Assembly: GCA_029259175.1 (NCBI GenBank)
Contig: JAPDJH010000001.1
Location: forward strand, 128,001-192,000
Reading direction: 5' to 3'
Length of the DNA: 64,000 bases
Origin: Hadesarchaea archaeon
Lineage (GTDB): Archaea > Hadarchaeota > Hadarchaeia > Hadarchaeales > Hadarchaeaceae
In this document: piece by piece, positions 9,111-18,579 of the stretch
Position numbering within the stretch: the first letter of the stretch is position 1
How the letters are laid out: each line of letters starts with the position of its first letter
Notes under the pieces: generated by a model
What the model saw: the letters and a program-made list of their open reading frames with translations, nothing else
What the model was told of the DNA's origin: nothing
Database searches by the model: none
Made by a program: the position numbers and the translations under genes

Positions 9111-11084
9111 TTATGCCCCCTTTTTCTCCAGTATGAGAGAAACCAAATCGGTTGAAGTTTTCAAAACTTCTTCAGCACTCATTTCTTTATCGAACGGTTT
9201 TAGTCCTTCCATAGCCATTATCTCAGCGACGGCGCGCGCTAGGAGCTCCACAGCATATTCATTTGTGCTTTCCTGATTTCGGCACCTCAGGCGGTACTGA
9301 GGGTGACTGGTGCTGATTTTTAACACATACCCTCCTTCTGGGTGGCTCTCTACTCTAAATTGCGGATTGAGCTCCTTTTCCCCAAATTTTCCTGAGAGCT
9401 TAGGTACATACTTGATATCGCGGAATATTCCAGTTGCTGGTGGCGGGTCCTGCTCAACCCACAGTGTAAAGATTGCTGTATCGAGTTTTTCGCCTTTATG
9501 ATGTCTTGGATGTTCCAAGCACTCTAGCTCAGCAATCAGCTTGCACCTCCCTGGTGCAAGCTTTCCTGCGCTTATCTGGACACGAAAATCTCCAATTTGT
9601 TTTTTCTCTCTTGGAGCTATATTTGCCCGCTTTTTGCGTAAAAGATCTTTGACGGTCACACCTGCCTGCTCGAGGCGCGCGCCAACTTCCACCCGCGCCT
9701 TGCAATCAGTTCTGTTTGCAACCTCTAAAGTAAACGATACTTCTTCTCCAAAATCAACGCGCGAGTAGCCTCTGGGAAGATTCAGATTTTTAAAAGCCAC
9801 ACCGATGTCCCGTGGCGAAACATGTGGGCGTCTCTTCCCTGGACGTCCTTCCGAAAGGGTAATACCTAGTTCCTTCAGCAGACGGTTAAAATCACGCAGG
9901 AGCTGGTAAAATCCGGCTGGCCTCTCTTTGACTTCAATACCCAGTTTCTCCTCAGCGAACCTGCGGAGTTCGTTAGCCAAGAATGCTCTTATTTGAGGCA
10001 CAATCCCTCGGCCAAAGGCGCTTGCCGTTCTTATGAATCCGTAGTGCGTTGGATCCTCCACTTTTTTCAGCAATTCTTCCGTGCCCATATCTCCTTCAAA
10101 AAATCCGTAGATACGATCCGCTTTCTCTGGCGGGAGATCTGTCAAATCGCTGACGGGAAATCTAGTAATAACCATTCCGCCTCGCAAGATCGCTATGCCT
10201 CGGACATCTTCTGGAGGGGGGGACTCAAGAAAACACAGATTGAGCATCTTTACGCGCGTAGACCTTTTGCCTCTCTTAAGCAGACAATCTCGCCTTATCC
10301 AAACTTTTACGCTTTTTGAATCCTCTGTCGGAAACCTCAACTCGCTCGGAACCTCAACTGTCTGCTCATCACTACCGTGCTTCAAAATTACGCGGAGAGA
10401 GCCATTTTCCAACAGTCGCCACCAAGTAGTTTGAATATACCTTTTAAACGATCCATTTAGAAAGGCTTCTTTCAGCTCTTCTACAGGGTCAACGATGATT
10501 ATCCTAGTCCCAACAGTCTGAAGAGGTTGCAAAGCAGGGAAATATTGCTTTAACATTGCTCGTGCTCTTGCTCCCTCCACGGGGTTGTCTAAATCGCCCA
10601 ACTTTCGGGCGCCCAGTCTGTACACTCCGTCCTTTCGGTAGGTATCGTACACTATAAGATGCTTTTTTGAGTTCATCACGAAAACAAATTTTCCTTGCCC
10701 CCGTGCCCCGCGCTTTGTCGGATCTGGACGCAGAAATGCGTAACCTTCAAAACGGCCCCATCTTTCTTCTTCTGGTAGATCGCGCCTCATTTCCTCCTCC
10801 GAAAGGATTCGGCCTGTAAGACCCGTTGTGCCACTGTCAGCAATAATGAAAAGCGGAGGGTTTGCTTCATCGATTAGCTCGAACCGCACTACTATCTGCC
10901 GTGCGTTAGGATCTTGGGCATCTACCGAATTCTGAAGCGCGTCCTTCTGGAGTGGATGAATTAAATTGTCTACGTGGTATAGATAGTTACGCTTGATGTT
11001 GTCAAGGACCCCCTCCCAAAAAGTAGGAGTCTGTCGTCGCGCTTCACTTATGCGCTTCTCAATTTTGTCAATGTTTACTATCAT
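9111..11084 (-). CDS. GHKL (Hsp90/MORC-like) ATPase with C-terminal beta-sandwich-like region
   Basis: KDALQNSVDA, IADSGTTGL, RGARGQGK, GTRI. Start placed at ATG 11084. Confidence 0.8.
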   Translation of the reverse strand: MIVNIDKIEKRISEARRQTPTFWEGVLDNIKRNYLYHVDNLIHPLQKDALQNSVDAQDPNARQIVVRFELIDEANPPLFIIADSGTTGLTGRILSEEEMRRDLPEEERWGRFEGYAFLRPDPTKRGARGQGKFVFVMNSKKHLIVYDTYRKDGVYRLGARKLGDLDNPVEGARARAMLKQYFPALQPLQTVGTRIIIVDPVEELKEAFLNGSFKRYIQTTWWRLLENGSLRVILKHGSDEQTVEVPSELRFPTEDSKSVKVWIRRDCLLKRGKRSTRVKMLNLCFLESPPPEDVRGIAILRGGMVITRFPVSDLTDLPPEKADRIYGFFEGDMGTEELLKKVEDPTHYGFIRTASAFGRGIVPQIRAFLANELRRFAEEKLGIEVKERPAGFYQLLRDFNRLLKELGITLSEGRPGKRRPHVSPRDIGVAFKNLNLPRGYSRVDFGEEVSFTLEVANRTDCKARVEVGARLEQAGVTVKDLLRKKRANIAPREKKQIGDFRVQISAGKLAPGRCKLIAELECLEHPRHHKGEKLDTAIFTLWVEQDPPPATGIFRDIKYVPKLSGKFGEKELNPQFRVESHPEGGYVLKISTSHPQYRLRCRNQESTNEYAVELLARAVAEIMAMEGLKPFDKEMSAEEVLKTSTDLVSLILEKKGA

Positions 11085-11216
11085 CACCAAGACCTTTTTC
11101 TTCCATTTATTTAATAACTCCTCAAACGCCCAGTAATAGCAAAATGAAAAGATGCGAGCGCTGAAAGTAGCATAAAACTCAAATCCCCAAGTCATCTAGA
11201 TAAATCTGGTGAAAGA

Positions 11217-12605
11217 GTGAAGCACAAGGTTGTATCGCTGTTTTCGGGAGCCGGCGGGCTGGATTTGGGTTTTGCTTCTTCAGGAAAATTTGAAATACTG
11301 CTGGCAAACGAAATCTTGGATCCCCCAGCTGAAACTTATTCGCTGAACTTTAAAGTTGAAAAAGTAAGCCAGCGCGTGTCCCTTCCATGCATTTTGAGGT
11401 CTGATGTTGCCGACCTGGACTTCTCAACGCTTCAGGGAAGTGAGATAGACGTCGTTATAGGAGGGCCACCGTGCCAAGACTTTTCAATAGTTCGAGGACC
11501 GGCGACGGAGAGGAAGGGAGTGGAGGTAAAACGAGGCAGGTTGTACGCGCACTTTGTGCGGGCTTTGATAAAATTGCAACCCAAGGTTTTCGTGTTCGAA
11601 AATGTTCCAGGCTTGAAAAGCTCCAACAATGGCTTGGCATATCGAACTATTTTAGAGGATTTTAAGAATCTTGGCATTCGATGGGCGGAGGTAAAGGAAG
11701 TTCTGGAGAAGCAGAACGGCAACGGGAAGAGCGTCGGCTACGAAGTAGTGTTCAGCGAAGTAGTGAATATGTCAAAATTGGGAGTTCCTCAAGCGCGGGA
11801 GAGGCTTATCATCGTCGGCGTGAGGCGTGATATTCTTCATGCAGGAGGTGGCGCTCGTTTGTGGAGGCTGGCTCAGCACCTCCGCACGGTCCTTAGCGGT
11901 TGTGGAAAAGCGGTTTCAGACTGCCCTCTAACCCCCATCGAAGCTTTTGAAGGGAAGCCTCTCCCAGAACTCCAAAGCGTATACGAGGACGTGATGAGGG
12001 AATATGCTGATGTCTTTTCCGAAGTTGCTACATCGACAGCGAAGGAGTGGAAGCGAAAAGTCTGGGACCGCCTCACGTTCGACGCGGTGAGAGACTACAC
12101 ATATATAAACGAAATAAAAGTGCCAGAAAACTGGCTTGAAAATGCCTTTAAGGAGCACGCGGAGCTTCTCGAGGAGCTTGGATACAAAGGCGTCAAAGTG
12201 GCGGAGATAGCGCCTCCAGACGGAAGCAATGCTAGGCCGAAAGAGTCCCGAACCGTCATCGAAAGGCTTAAGAGAATTCCGCCCGGGGCGAACCACGAAT
12301 TTGTAAGGGGAACCAAATGGGAGGTTGAAGGGCGGGGCATGAGCCTCATATACCGGCGCATCTTTCCCCTGAAGCCTGCGTATACGGTAGTAGCGTACGG
12401 TGGCGGTGGAACGTGGGGGTATCACTACGAGCGGGATCGAGGAATGCTTACCAACCGAGAACGGGCCCGGCTTCAAACATTTCCCGACTGGTTTTTGTTC
12501 TGCGGAGGGTGGGCGCAAGTTCGAGCGCAGATAGGCGAAGCTGTTCCGCCTCTTGCAGCAAAAAGGATTGCTAGCGCGCTTGATGAATTCTTGAAGCATG
12601 TCTGA
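11217..12605 (+). CDS. dcm: DNA (cytosine-5)-methyltransferase
   Basis: LFSGAGG, GGPPCQDFS, ENVPG, QARER, RERARLQTFPD, QIGEAVPP. Confidence 0.95.
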   Translation: MKHKVVSLFSGAGGLDLGFASSGKFEILLANEILDPPAETYSLNFKVEKVSQRVSLPCILRSDVADLDFSTLQGSEIDVVIGGPPCQDFSIVRGPATERKGVEVKRGRLYAHFVRALIKLQPKVFVFENVPGLKSSNNGLAYRTILEDFKNLGIRWAEVKEVLEKQNGNGKSVGYEVVFSEVVNMSKLGVPQARERLIIVGVRRDILHAGGGARLWRLAQHLRTVLSGCGKAVSDCPLTPIEAFEGKPLPELQSVYEDVMREYADVFSEVATSTAKEWKRKVWDRLTFDAVRDYTYINEIKVPENWLENAFKEHAELLEELGYKGVKVAEIAPPDGSNARPKESRTVIERLKRIPPGANHEFVRGTKWEVEGRGMSLIYRRIFPLKPAYTVVAYGGGGTWGYHYERDRGMLTNRERARLQTFPDWFLFCGGWAQVRAQIGEAVPPLAAKRIASALDEFLKHV

Positions 12606-12650
12606 ACTCGCTATCGACTTTTTAATTTGCCCGGAAGCAAATAAAAAATC

Positions 12651-13325
12651 GTGCGGGCGCAAGAGAAGAAGACTGAGTTCAGAAAGCAGATGATCAAGTG
12701 GTACAGAAGATACGGAAGGCACGATCTTCCGTGGAGGAAGACTTCCGATCCTTGGAAAATACTGCTAGCTACATTAATGCTCAGAAAAACAACAGCTCGG
12801 CAAACAGAGAAGATTTATAAGAAGTTCATAGAGCGCTATCCCAATCCCCAAAGCGTGTGTTCTGAAAGCGAGAAGAAAATCAGGTCAGTGATACGCCCGC
12901 TGGGGATAGAACACCAGCGCGCGCGCCTGATAAAGCGCTTGGCCTCAGAAATTGTGGAAAAATTTGGGGGAAATGTGCCAGCAGATATGCGCAAGCTGAA
13001 GTTACTTAAAGGGGTTGGCGAATACACCGCTTCAGAAGTTCTGCTTGTAGCTTACGGCGAGCCACGACCGCTTTTAGACCGTAACATGATTCGAGTAATA
13101 GAGAGAGTCTTCGGCATAAAATCAAAAAAAGCGCGACCCCACACGGATGCACAACTTTGGAAATTCTGTAAGAGCTTGCTTCCAAAGGATCCGGAGCTGG
13201 CAAAGGAATTTAACTACGGGGTGCTGGACTTTGCTAGCTCAATCTGCCAAATCACGCCGAAGTGCGAACGTTGCCCGCTACGCTTAATCTGCTATTATTT
13301 TGCCAGACGGAAAGTTGGCGCTTAA
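12651..13325 (+). CDS. HhH-GPD [4Fe-4S] mismatch glycosylase (MIG/MutY family; T:G repair)
   Basis: DLPWRKT, LMLRKTTA, LKGVGEYTA, LLDRNMIRV, CQITPKCERCPLRLIC; directly downstream of dcm. Confidence 0.85.
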   Translation: MRAQEKKTEFRKQMIKWYRRYGRHDLPWRKTSDPWKILLATLMLRKTTARQTEKIYKKFIERYPNPQSVCSESEKKIRSVIRPLGIEHQRARLIKRLASEIVEKFGGNVPADMRKLKLLKGVGEYTASEVLLVAYGEPRPLLDRNMIRVIERVFGIKSKKARPHTDAQLWKFCKSLLPKDPELAKEFNYGVLDFASSICQITPKCERCPLRLICYYFARRKVGA

Positions 13326-13554
13326 TCTTCATCAGAGCGCGACCGTTCTCGTCCCGAACGAAATCCTTTTTCTGTGCTCTCTTACCACGCAAGAAGATTC
13401 GAGCGGTTTATGCCCTTTTCCGCTTTCGGGATTTGGACACTCTTCGCTGGATGCCCCCCGCGGGACCTGCTCTTCCTACCAATCTGGGAAATTATAGGGC
13501 TTCTTTTTCGCAAAAAGGCTGCGTAAATCCTGCTTTGGTTTTACACATCCTGGC

Positions 13555-13583
13555 TATTTCACGATTAGATTTATATTTCACGA
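13555..13583 (+). promoter_or_regulatory. Direct-repeat operator flanking a TATA box
   Basis: TATTTCACGA at 13555-13564 and 13574-13583, around TTTATAT, upstream of the wHTH gene. Confidence 0.5.
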
Positions 13584-13604
13584 AAAATGAGGTAGACCGA
13601 CGCT

Positions 13605-15206
13605 ATGGGCAGGAACCCCGTCACGCGAAACGAAATAGCGAAGGTTCTTTCCGACCTCAAGCCGAGGAGCGTGAGAGAAATAGCCGAGGAAGCAGGTCTC
13701 ACTCCAAAAGTCGTTGGGGCTGCCCTGGACCGGATGTGGAGGGCAGGGCTGGTGCTCCGGACGAGGCAGCCCATCCGAGAGCGAACGAAGATCTTCAGGG
13801 GACGAGCTGGGACGAGTGAGAACCTGCGGTCCTACTACCTCTATGTGCTGAAGCCCGAAGGGAAGGAGAGGTTGAGAATTGGGGAACACGAGTTCGTCCC
13901 ATTCTCCACAGAGTACTTGGATGTGCGGGGAGGGGGGAGGATCAGCAAAGCGAAGCTGATTCTGGAGTTCCTGCGGAAGCACCGGGACAGGGCGTGGTTC
14001 TCCGTCGAGATAGCGGAGGCGCTGAAGGACAAGGGCGTGAAGGTGCGGGACATCATGCCCACCGTAAGGCGCTACCAGCGGAGGGGGCTGGTTTTCGTGA
14101 AGGGATTTACAACGGCTGGCGGGCGGGAGACCCCGACCGAGTATGGGTATGTCATCACTTGGCTTGATCGTGACAAGCCGATTGAGCGGGCGATTGAGGA
14201 GGCGCTGAAGCGGTATGAAGCCGCCCTGAACCGCAAGCGGCTCGAGTCACCTACGGTCGAGCGCTACAACCGCGTCCGCGAGCTTATCATAACCCAATCC
14301 AAGCTCGGGCACCTTACCGATGTGGAGTACATCACGAACCAGCTCCGCTGTTCGAGGTATCAGGCTCAGGATGCCCTTAAGAGGGTTCAGCAGCTCTTCG
14401 GCGACATAAAGGAGGTCAAGCTCTTCGACCTCTACAAGTTCTACTACCACGAGTCGATGCCGGAGGCGAAGCTCAGGGCAGCGATAAAGATGAAGGAGCA
14501 GTACATACGGGCACATGGCGGGCGGAAGCACCGTTATGGGCACAACTGGGAAGCGGTGGTGGAGTGGTTCGTCGAGACTTTCACTCCCGGGGCACGCTTC
14601 TGGGAGCAAAAGCACAGGGGGGAAGGGATGGATCCGCGGAGGATAACCCTCTACTTGATAAAGAATGTGGGGAAGCGGAGGCGACGGGCGGAGGTTGACC
14701 GCGTGTGGGAGGTGCGGGAGGATCCCTTCAGCCCACCGACCGTCAATGTGCTCTCCTGTAAAGCGGGGGTGGTGCGCAAGCAGGACATAGAGGACTTCTT
14801 TGAGGTTCTGCGCTGGAGCAAGGAGTTCGGGGCGGACACCCCGGACGGGAGGGTGATAAAGCAGGGAGTCGTCGGGAAGTTCGCCGCCGAGACCTTCGAC
14901 CCGCGTGAGAAAGTCAAGCTGAAGGACGGGACGGAGATAACCCTCTCCCAGTACGCGAGCAGGCTTGGCATCACCCTCATCAAGGCTTCCGACTTCAACG
15001 AAATGATGCGGAAGTGGGGATGTTCCCCGAAGGTGAATGTCCAGAAGATTTGTAAGTGGGCCAAGAACGAGAAAGAGGTCAGGGAGATCTTGACATCGAT
15101 TTACCAGAATCCATCGCGAGCCGAAGAAATCTTGGAAAAAGTTAGAGAACGAAACCTTCCGCTTTACCAGTTTGAGAAAAAACTTGAGGAGAGTGGAAAA
15201 TGTTAG
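13605..15206 (+). CDS. Multi-wHTH protein with C-terminal PD-(D/E)XK-like nuclease domain
   Basis: SVREIAEEAGLTPKVVGAALDRM and FSVEIAEALKDKGV (HTHs); NWEAVVEW...EVDRVW...LSCK. Confidence 0.65.
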   Translation: MGRNPVTRNEIAKVLSDLKPRSVREIAEEAGLTPKVVGAALDRMWRAGLVLRTRQPIRERTKIFRGRAGTSENLRSYYLYVLKPEGKERLRIGEHEFVPFSTEYLDVRGGGRISKAKLILEFLRKHRDRAWFSVEIAEALKDKGVKVRDIMPTVRRYQRRGLVFVKGFTTAGGRETPTEYGYVITWLDRDKPIERAIEEALKRYEAALNRKRLESPTVERYNRVRELIITQSKLGHLTDVEYITNQLRCSRYQAQDALKRVQQLFGDIKEVKLFDLYKFYYHESMPEAKLRAAIKMKEQYIRAHGGRKHRYGHNWEAVVEWFVETFTPGARFWEQKHRGEGMDPRRITLYLIKNVGKRRRRAEVDRVWEVREDPFSPPTVNVLSCKAGVVRKQDIEDFFEVLRWSKEFGADTPDGRVIKQGVVGKFAAETFDPREKVKLKDGTEITLSQYASRLGITLIKASDFNEMMRKWGCSPKVNVQKICKWAKNEKEVREILTSIYQNPSRAEEILEKVRERNLPLYQFEKKLEESGKC

Positions 15207-15268
15207 AAAATCTATGTAATGAAGCCATAGAATTGAGAGTTTATACTAATGGAAAGACTAAGTAGAAT

Positions 15269-15691
15269 TTGGTGAGCGCTGTGAAACATTGGTTGTGTAT
15301 CACCAACGAAGCCAATTGGGCGGTTGTGAAAACCAAGAAAGTATGGGGTGTTAATTCGAAACACGAAAAAGTAATGAATATGGTAGAGAAAGACGATAAA
15401 TTAGTTTTTTATGTGAAGCCTTTACGCATTGGAGGTATTTTCACCGCAATTTCCAAACCATATAAGGATGAGACTCCTATTTTTTCTGGAGGAGAATTTC
15501 CTTACAGAGTTAAGATTAAACCACTCGTGCTCCCGAAAAAATTCCTCGACTTTTACTCATTGTTTGGAAGACTCAAATTCATCACTCAAAAGAAGAAAAA
15601 AGGTTGGGGCGGGCACTTACAAGGAAAAGCTATGCGAATTATTCCAAAAGAAGATTTTGACTTGATCAAAAGAGAATTAGAGCGGATTTAA
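15269..15691 (+). CDS. EVE (PUA-like) domain protein
   Basis: HWLCITNEANW...VWGV...DKLVFYVK...FPYRVKIKP...MRIIPKEDF. Confidence 0.85.
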   Translation: MVSAVKHWLCITNEANWAVVKTKKVWGVNSKHEKVMNMVEKDDKLVFYVKPLRIGGIFTAISKPYKDETPIFSGGEFPYRVKIKPLVLPKKFLDFYSLFGRLKFITQKKKKGWGGHLQGKAMRIIPKEDFDLIKRELERI

Positions 15692-15703
15692 AGGTGATTT
15701 TTA

Positions 15704-17155
15704 ATGGAAGTGAATACTTCTGTAGCTGATTACACAACTTTCAAAAGTCAAAAAGAAAAGCATTTTGTAAGAAAAGAAAAAGTTTTTGGTCAGTTTATGA
15801 CTCCCGCCGAGGTGGCGGGTTTTATTGTAAGTTTCGCGATCCAATCACTCGAATATAAACCCAAGCTTGCCATTGATCCGGCGTGTGGCGATGGAATTTT
15901 TTTGAGAGAGCTTGTGAGAGCTGGAGTTCCCCATATTGTGGGTATTGATATAGATCCCGAAGTATCGGAATCGATCCCTCCGGATATTAAATCTCAGCCT
16001 AATGTAGAACTTATTATCCCCCAAGACGGGTTGGAGGACTCGAGATATGAAGGAAAAGCAGACATTGTCGTAGGCAATCCTCCTTTCAGTGCCAAATATG
16101 GGCGGATAAAAGACACCCGACTCTCGAATTTTGAATTAGGGAAACAAAAGACAAGTCAGGCAATAGAAATTTTATTTTTGGAGAAGTTTATACGATTAGC
16201 CAAAAACGGAGGGGTGATAGGAATCATTCTGCCTTTCGGTATTTTTGCCAATTTACCACTTCGGGATGTTCGAGAATTTATATTAAAAAACACCGAAGTT
16301 CTTGCCGTGGTTTCTTTACCACGTTTCATCTTTAGAAGCGTCTCCAACACAAGTTCGAAGACCTGTATTTTATTTGCCAGAAAGAGAAACTCTCCAAACA
16401 CTAAAGAAGTCTATATGTCTATTGTGAATCGAATAGAGGAATTGCCACTCCTTCTGGACAGAAAAGAACACGAATCACCAATGGCAAAATTTGTAAAATT
16501 AGAAGACCACATCCTTTATCCAGAATACTATCTTCTGTTTTCCGAACTCCCCAAAACATCATATCCGACAATGAAGTTAGGAGACTTGGTCGATATCTCC
16601 TGTGGCAGAACAGAATATGGGGAAAAGAGAAAATTCGTAGAAAAAGGCATTCCCTTTATTTCAGCAAAAACTGTTACGCAGCTCGGCATAGATTTCTCAC
16701 GAGATAGGAAGTTTGTCGAGCCTGGCAGTGAAATGGATAAGAAGAGCGCTCGTGTTAAGGTTGGCGATGTCGTCTTTGTTAGGGTTGGTGTTGGGTGTAT
16801 CGGAAGAGCAGCCGTAATTACAGATGAAAATGATCTTGGGGTTGTGGATGATTGGTCATACATCTTAAGAACGAAAAGAAACACTATTTCTCCATATTTC
16901 TTAGTTTTTTACCTCCAATCAAATTTCGTGCGCTCACTAATAAAAAAGTTAAGTAGAGGAGTTGGGACGGTGACCCTCCCACAAGCTCTTTTGAAACAAA
17001 TACGAATTCCTATTCCTGAAAAAGAGATTGAGAGAAAGCTTAAAAAAATTTATTTAGAGATGGTTAACGCGAGAAGAAAAGGAAAAACAATTCTGGCGAA
17101 AAAGAAATTTGAAGAAGGATTGTCCCTGTTAAAAAAAGAAGTTTTTCAAGAGTGA
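15704..17155 (+). CDS. N6-adenine DNA methyltransferase with C-terminal HsdS-like TRD (probable cognate M.PabI-like MTase)
   Basis: GQFMTP, IDPACGDGIF, VGNPPF; C-terminal KLGDLV...VKVGDVVFVR...IRIPIP; adjacent to the R.PabI gene. Confidence 0.88.
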   Translation: MEVNTSVADYTTFKSQKEKHFVRKEKVFGQFMTPAEVAGFIVSFAIQSLEYKPKLAIDPACGDGIFLRELVRAGVPHIVGIDIDPEVSESIPPDIKSQPNVELIIPQDGLEDSRYEGKADIVVGNPPFSAKYGRIKDTRLSNFELGKQKTSQAIEILFLEKFIRLAKNGGVIGIILPFGIFANLPLRDVREFILKNTEVLAVVSLPRFIFRSVSNTSSKTCILFARKRNSPNTKEVYMSIVNRIEELPLLLDRKEHESPMAKFVKLEDHILYPEYYLLFSELPKTSYPTMKLGDLVDISCGRTEYGEKRKFVEKGIPFISAKTVTQLGIDFSRDRKFVEPGSEMDKKSARVKVGDVVFVRVGVGCIGRAAVITDENDLGVVDDWSYILRTKRNTISPYFLVFYLQSNFVRSLIKKLSRGVGTVTLPQALLKQIRIPIPEKEIERKLKKIYLEMVNARRKGKTILAKKKFEEGLSLLKKEVFQE

Positions 17156-17270
17156 TTACTTTTCCAATAGCGGTTTGTTTTAAACTCAGGGGAGGACTTG
17201 AGGGTCAGGACCCAAGCAGTTAAAAACTTTCCACCATTATTAAGCAGGGGCCTGTGAAGGTGGTAAGAAC

Positions 17271-17936
17271 ATGGGTATTAAATGTAGAGTTCTTTCCGAT
17301 GACCAAAGAAATATTGTGGTAGAATTACCTATTACTTTGCCCACAGCCTTAGTTAGAATTAAAGATAAGGATGGAAATCCAGTTGGGAGTGTTAGACAAC
17401 AAAATCTAAGGAAAGGGTGGTATATCGAATGGCAAATTTCATATTTTGATGAAAATAAGGAACTTGTGGAATTAGGGGAAATGTTCAGACTACTGGTAGA
17501 ATTCGGAAAACTCAACGAAGCAGAAATAAAAGAACTTTACCAAAACATTCAAAAAAGGAACACATTTTTTGAAGAAATTTTTTCTGTTTGTTTAGAAGAG
17601 AGTAAAAAACCACCAGAATTCGAAGGGTTTGTGTTATGGTATAGGAAAAACCCAATTTTGAGAAAATATCTTTCTGATGGTTCCATCATCCACATAGAGT
17701 TAAGACATAAACAAAAAGCTGTGGGATACCAAGCTATGTTGTATCTATTTATTCCCATAGAAAATGTGAGATCGAAGGAAGGCGAATTGATAATAAACCG
17801 TCCCGCACGTCAAAAAGAGGTCGTTGTGTGGTTTCCAAAAAAAGAACACATTATAGAACTTGTAAAAGCGTTTTCTTGTATGTCGAGAAAGCATTTCGAG
17901 GATATTATGTCTATAGTTAGGAGTTTTCTTTGTTAA
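17271..17936 (+). CDS. R.PabI-family restriction DNA glycosylase (HALFPIPE fold), catalytic residues intact
   Basis: IVVELPIT.PT..VRIK, YIEWQISY, HKQKAVGYQAMLYLFIP and SRKHFED match R.PabI motifs as I recall them. Confidence 0.9.
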   Translation: MGIKCRVLSDDQRNIVVELPITLPTALVRIKDKDGNPVGSVRQQNLRKGWYIEWQISYFDENKELVELGEMFRLLVEFGKLNEAEIKELYQNIQKRNTFFEEIFSVCLEESKKPPEFEGFVLWYRKNPILRKYLSDGSIIHIELRHKQKAVGYQAMLYLFIPIENVRSKEGELIINRPARQKEVVVWFPKKEHIIELVKAFSCMSRKHFEDIMSIVRSFLC

Positions 17937-17961
17937 TTACCAAAAATGCCCAGAGGAGAAC

Positions 17962-18579
17962 ATGATCGTGCAAGTTCAAGGTGATAAATTAGTTGTGGAA
18001 TTTCCTCTTAGTCAACCAAAAAGTTCTTGGAGAGTCAGGTCAAAAAAAAGAAGAGGGCGAAGGGGCTGGAAAAAAGACCCGAATTTATGGATTTTTAGAC
18101 CCACTTTTGGAGACTTGATCTATGAAGGAGACATTTTCGAATGGATGATAAGTAATGAGGAACTGCGCGAGATACTTTATGTTGCAAAATGCATGGAAGC
18201 TGATTATTATGAAGAAATCAAGAAAGCCATACATAATTTGAACAAGTTTGAAAGTCACGTAGATATAACACTTGGTTGGGGCGTAAAAATCGAAGGTGAA
18301 CTGAGACCCAAACAAAAAAAAGGAGAAGAACTGACTCCCTGGTTTTTTATTTTGTTTCCATTGGATAGAAGTTCAAATGTCTACTATTTGAAAGATGCGA
18401 AAAACAACAAGATTGAAAATCCCATCAACCGAAAAATCAGAGCAGGAGATAGACTGGTTTGGGTTGTAGATCTCAATTGGCTCAAAACCATTATTCTTAA
18501 ATTGGCTGGATTGAGCGAGGATCATAAGGAAAAAATTATTAAGGAGGTCTTTGAACCAATTGATAATCTCAAGTTATAA
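17962..18579 (+). CDS. Divergent R.PabI-fold paralogue, probably catalytically impaired
   Basis: Colinear motifs LVVEFPLSQPKSSWRVR, FEWMISN, LRPKQK...WFFILFP, NRKIRAGD, LSEDHKEK. Confidence 0.7.
   Translation: MIVQVQGDKLVVEFPLSQPKSSWRVRSKKRRGRRGWKKDPNLWIFRPTFGDLIYEGDIFEWMISNEELREILYVAKCMEADYYEEIKKAIHNLNKFESHVDITLGWGVKIEGELRPKQKKGEELTPWFFILFPLDRSSNVYYLKDAKNNKIENPINRKIRAGDRLVWVVDLNWLKTIILKLAGLSEDHKEKIIKEVFEPIDNLKL

Noticed and set aside
15704-17155. Type I R-M system (HsdM-HsdS fusion)
   Set aside because: No HsdR is present and there is only one TRD. Adjacency to R.PabI favours a type II-like cognate MTase.
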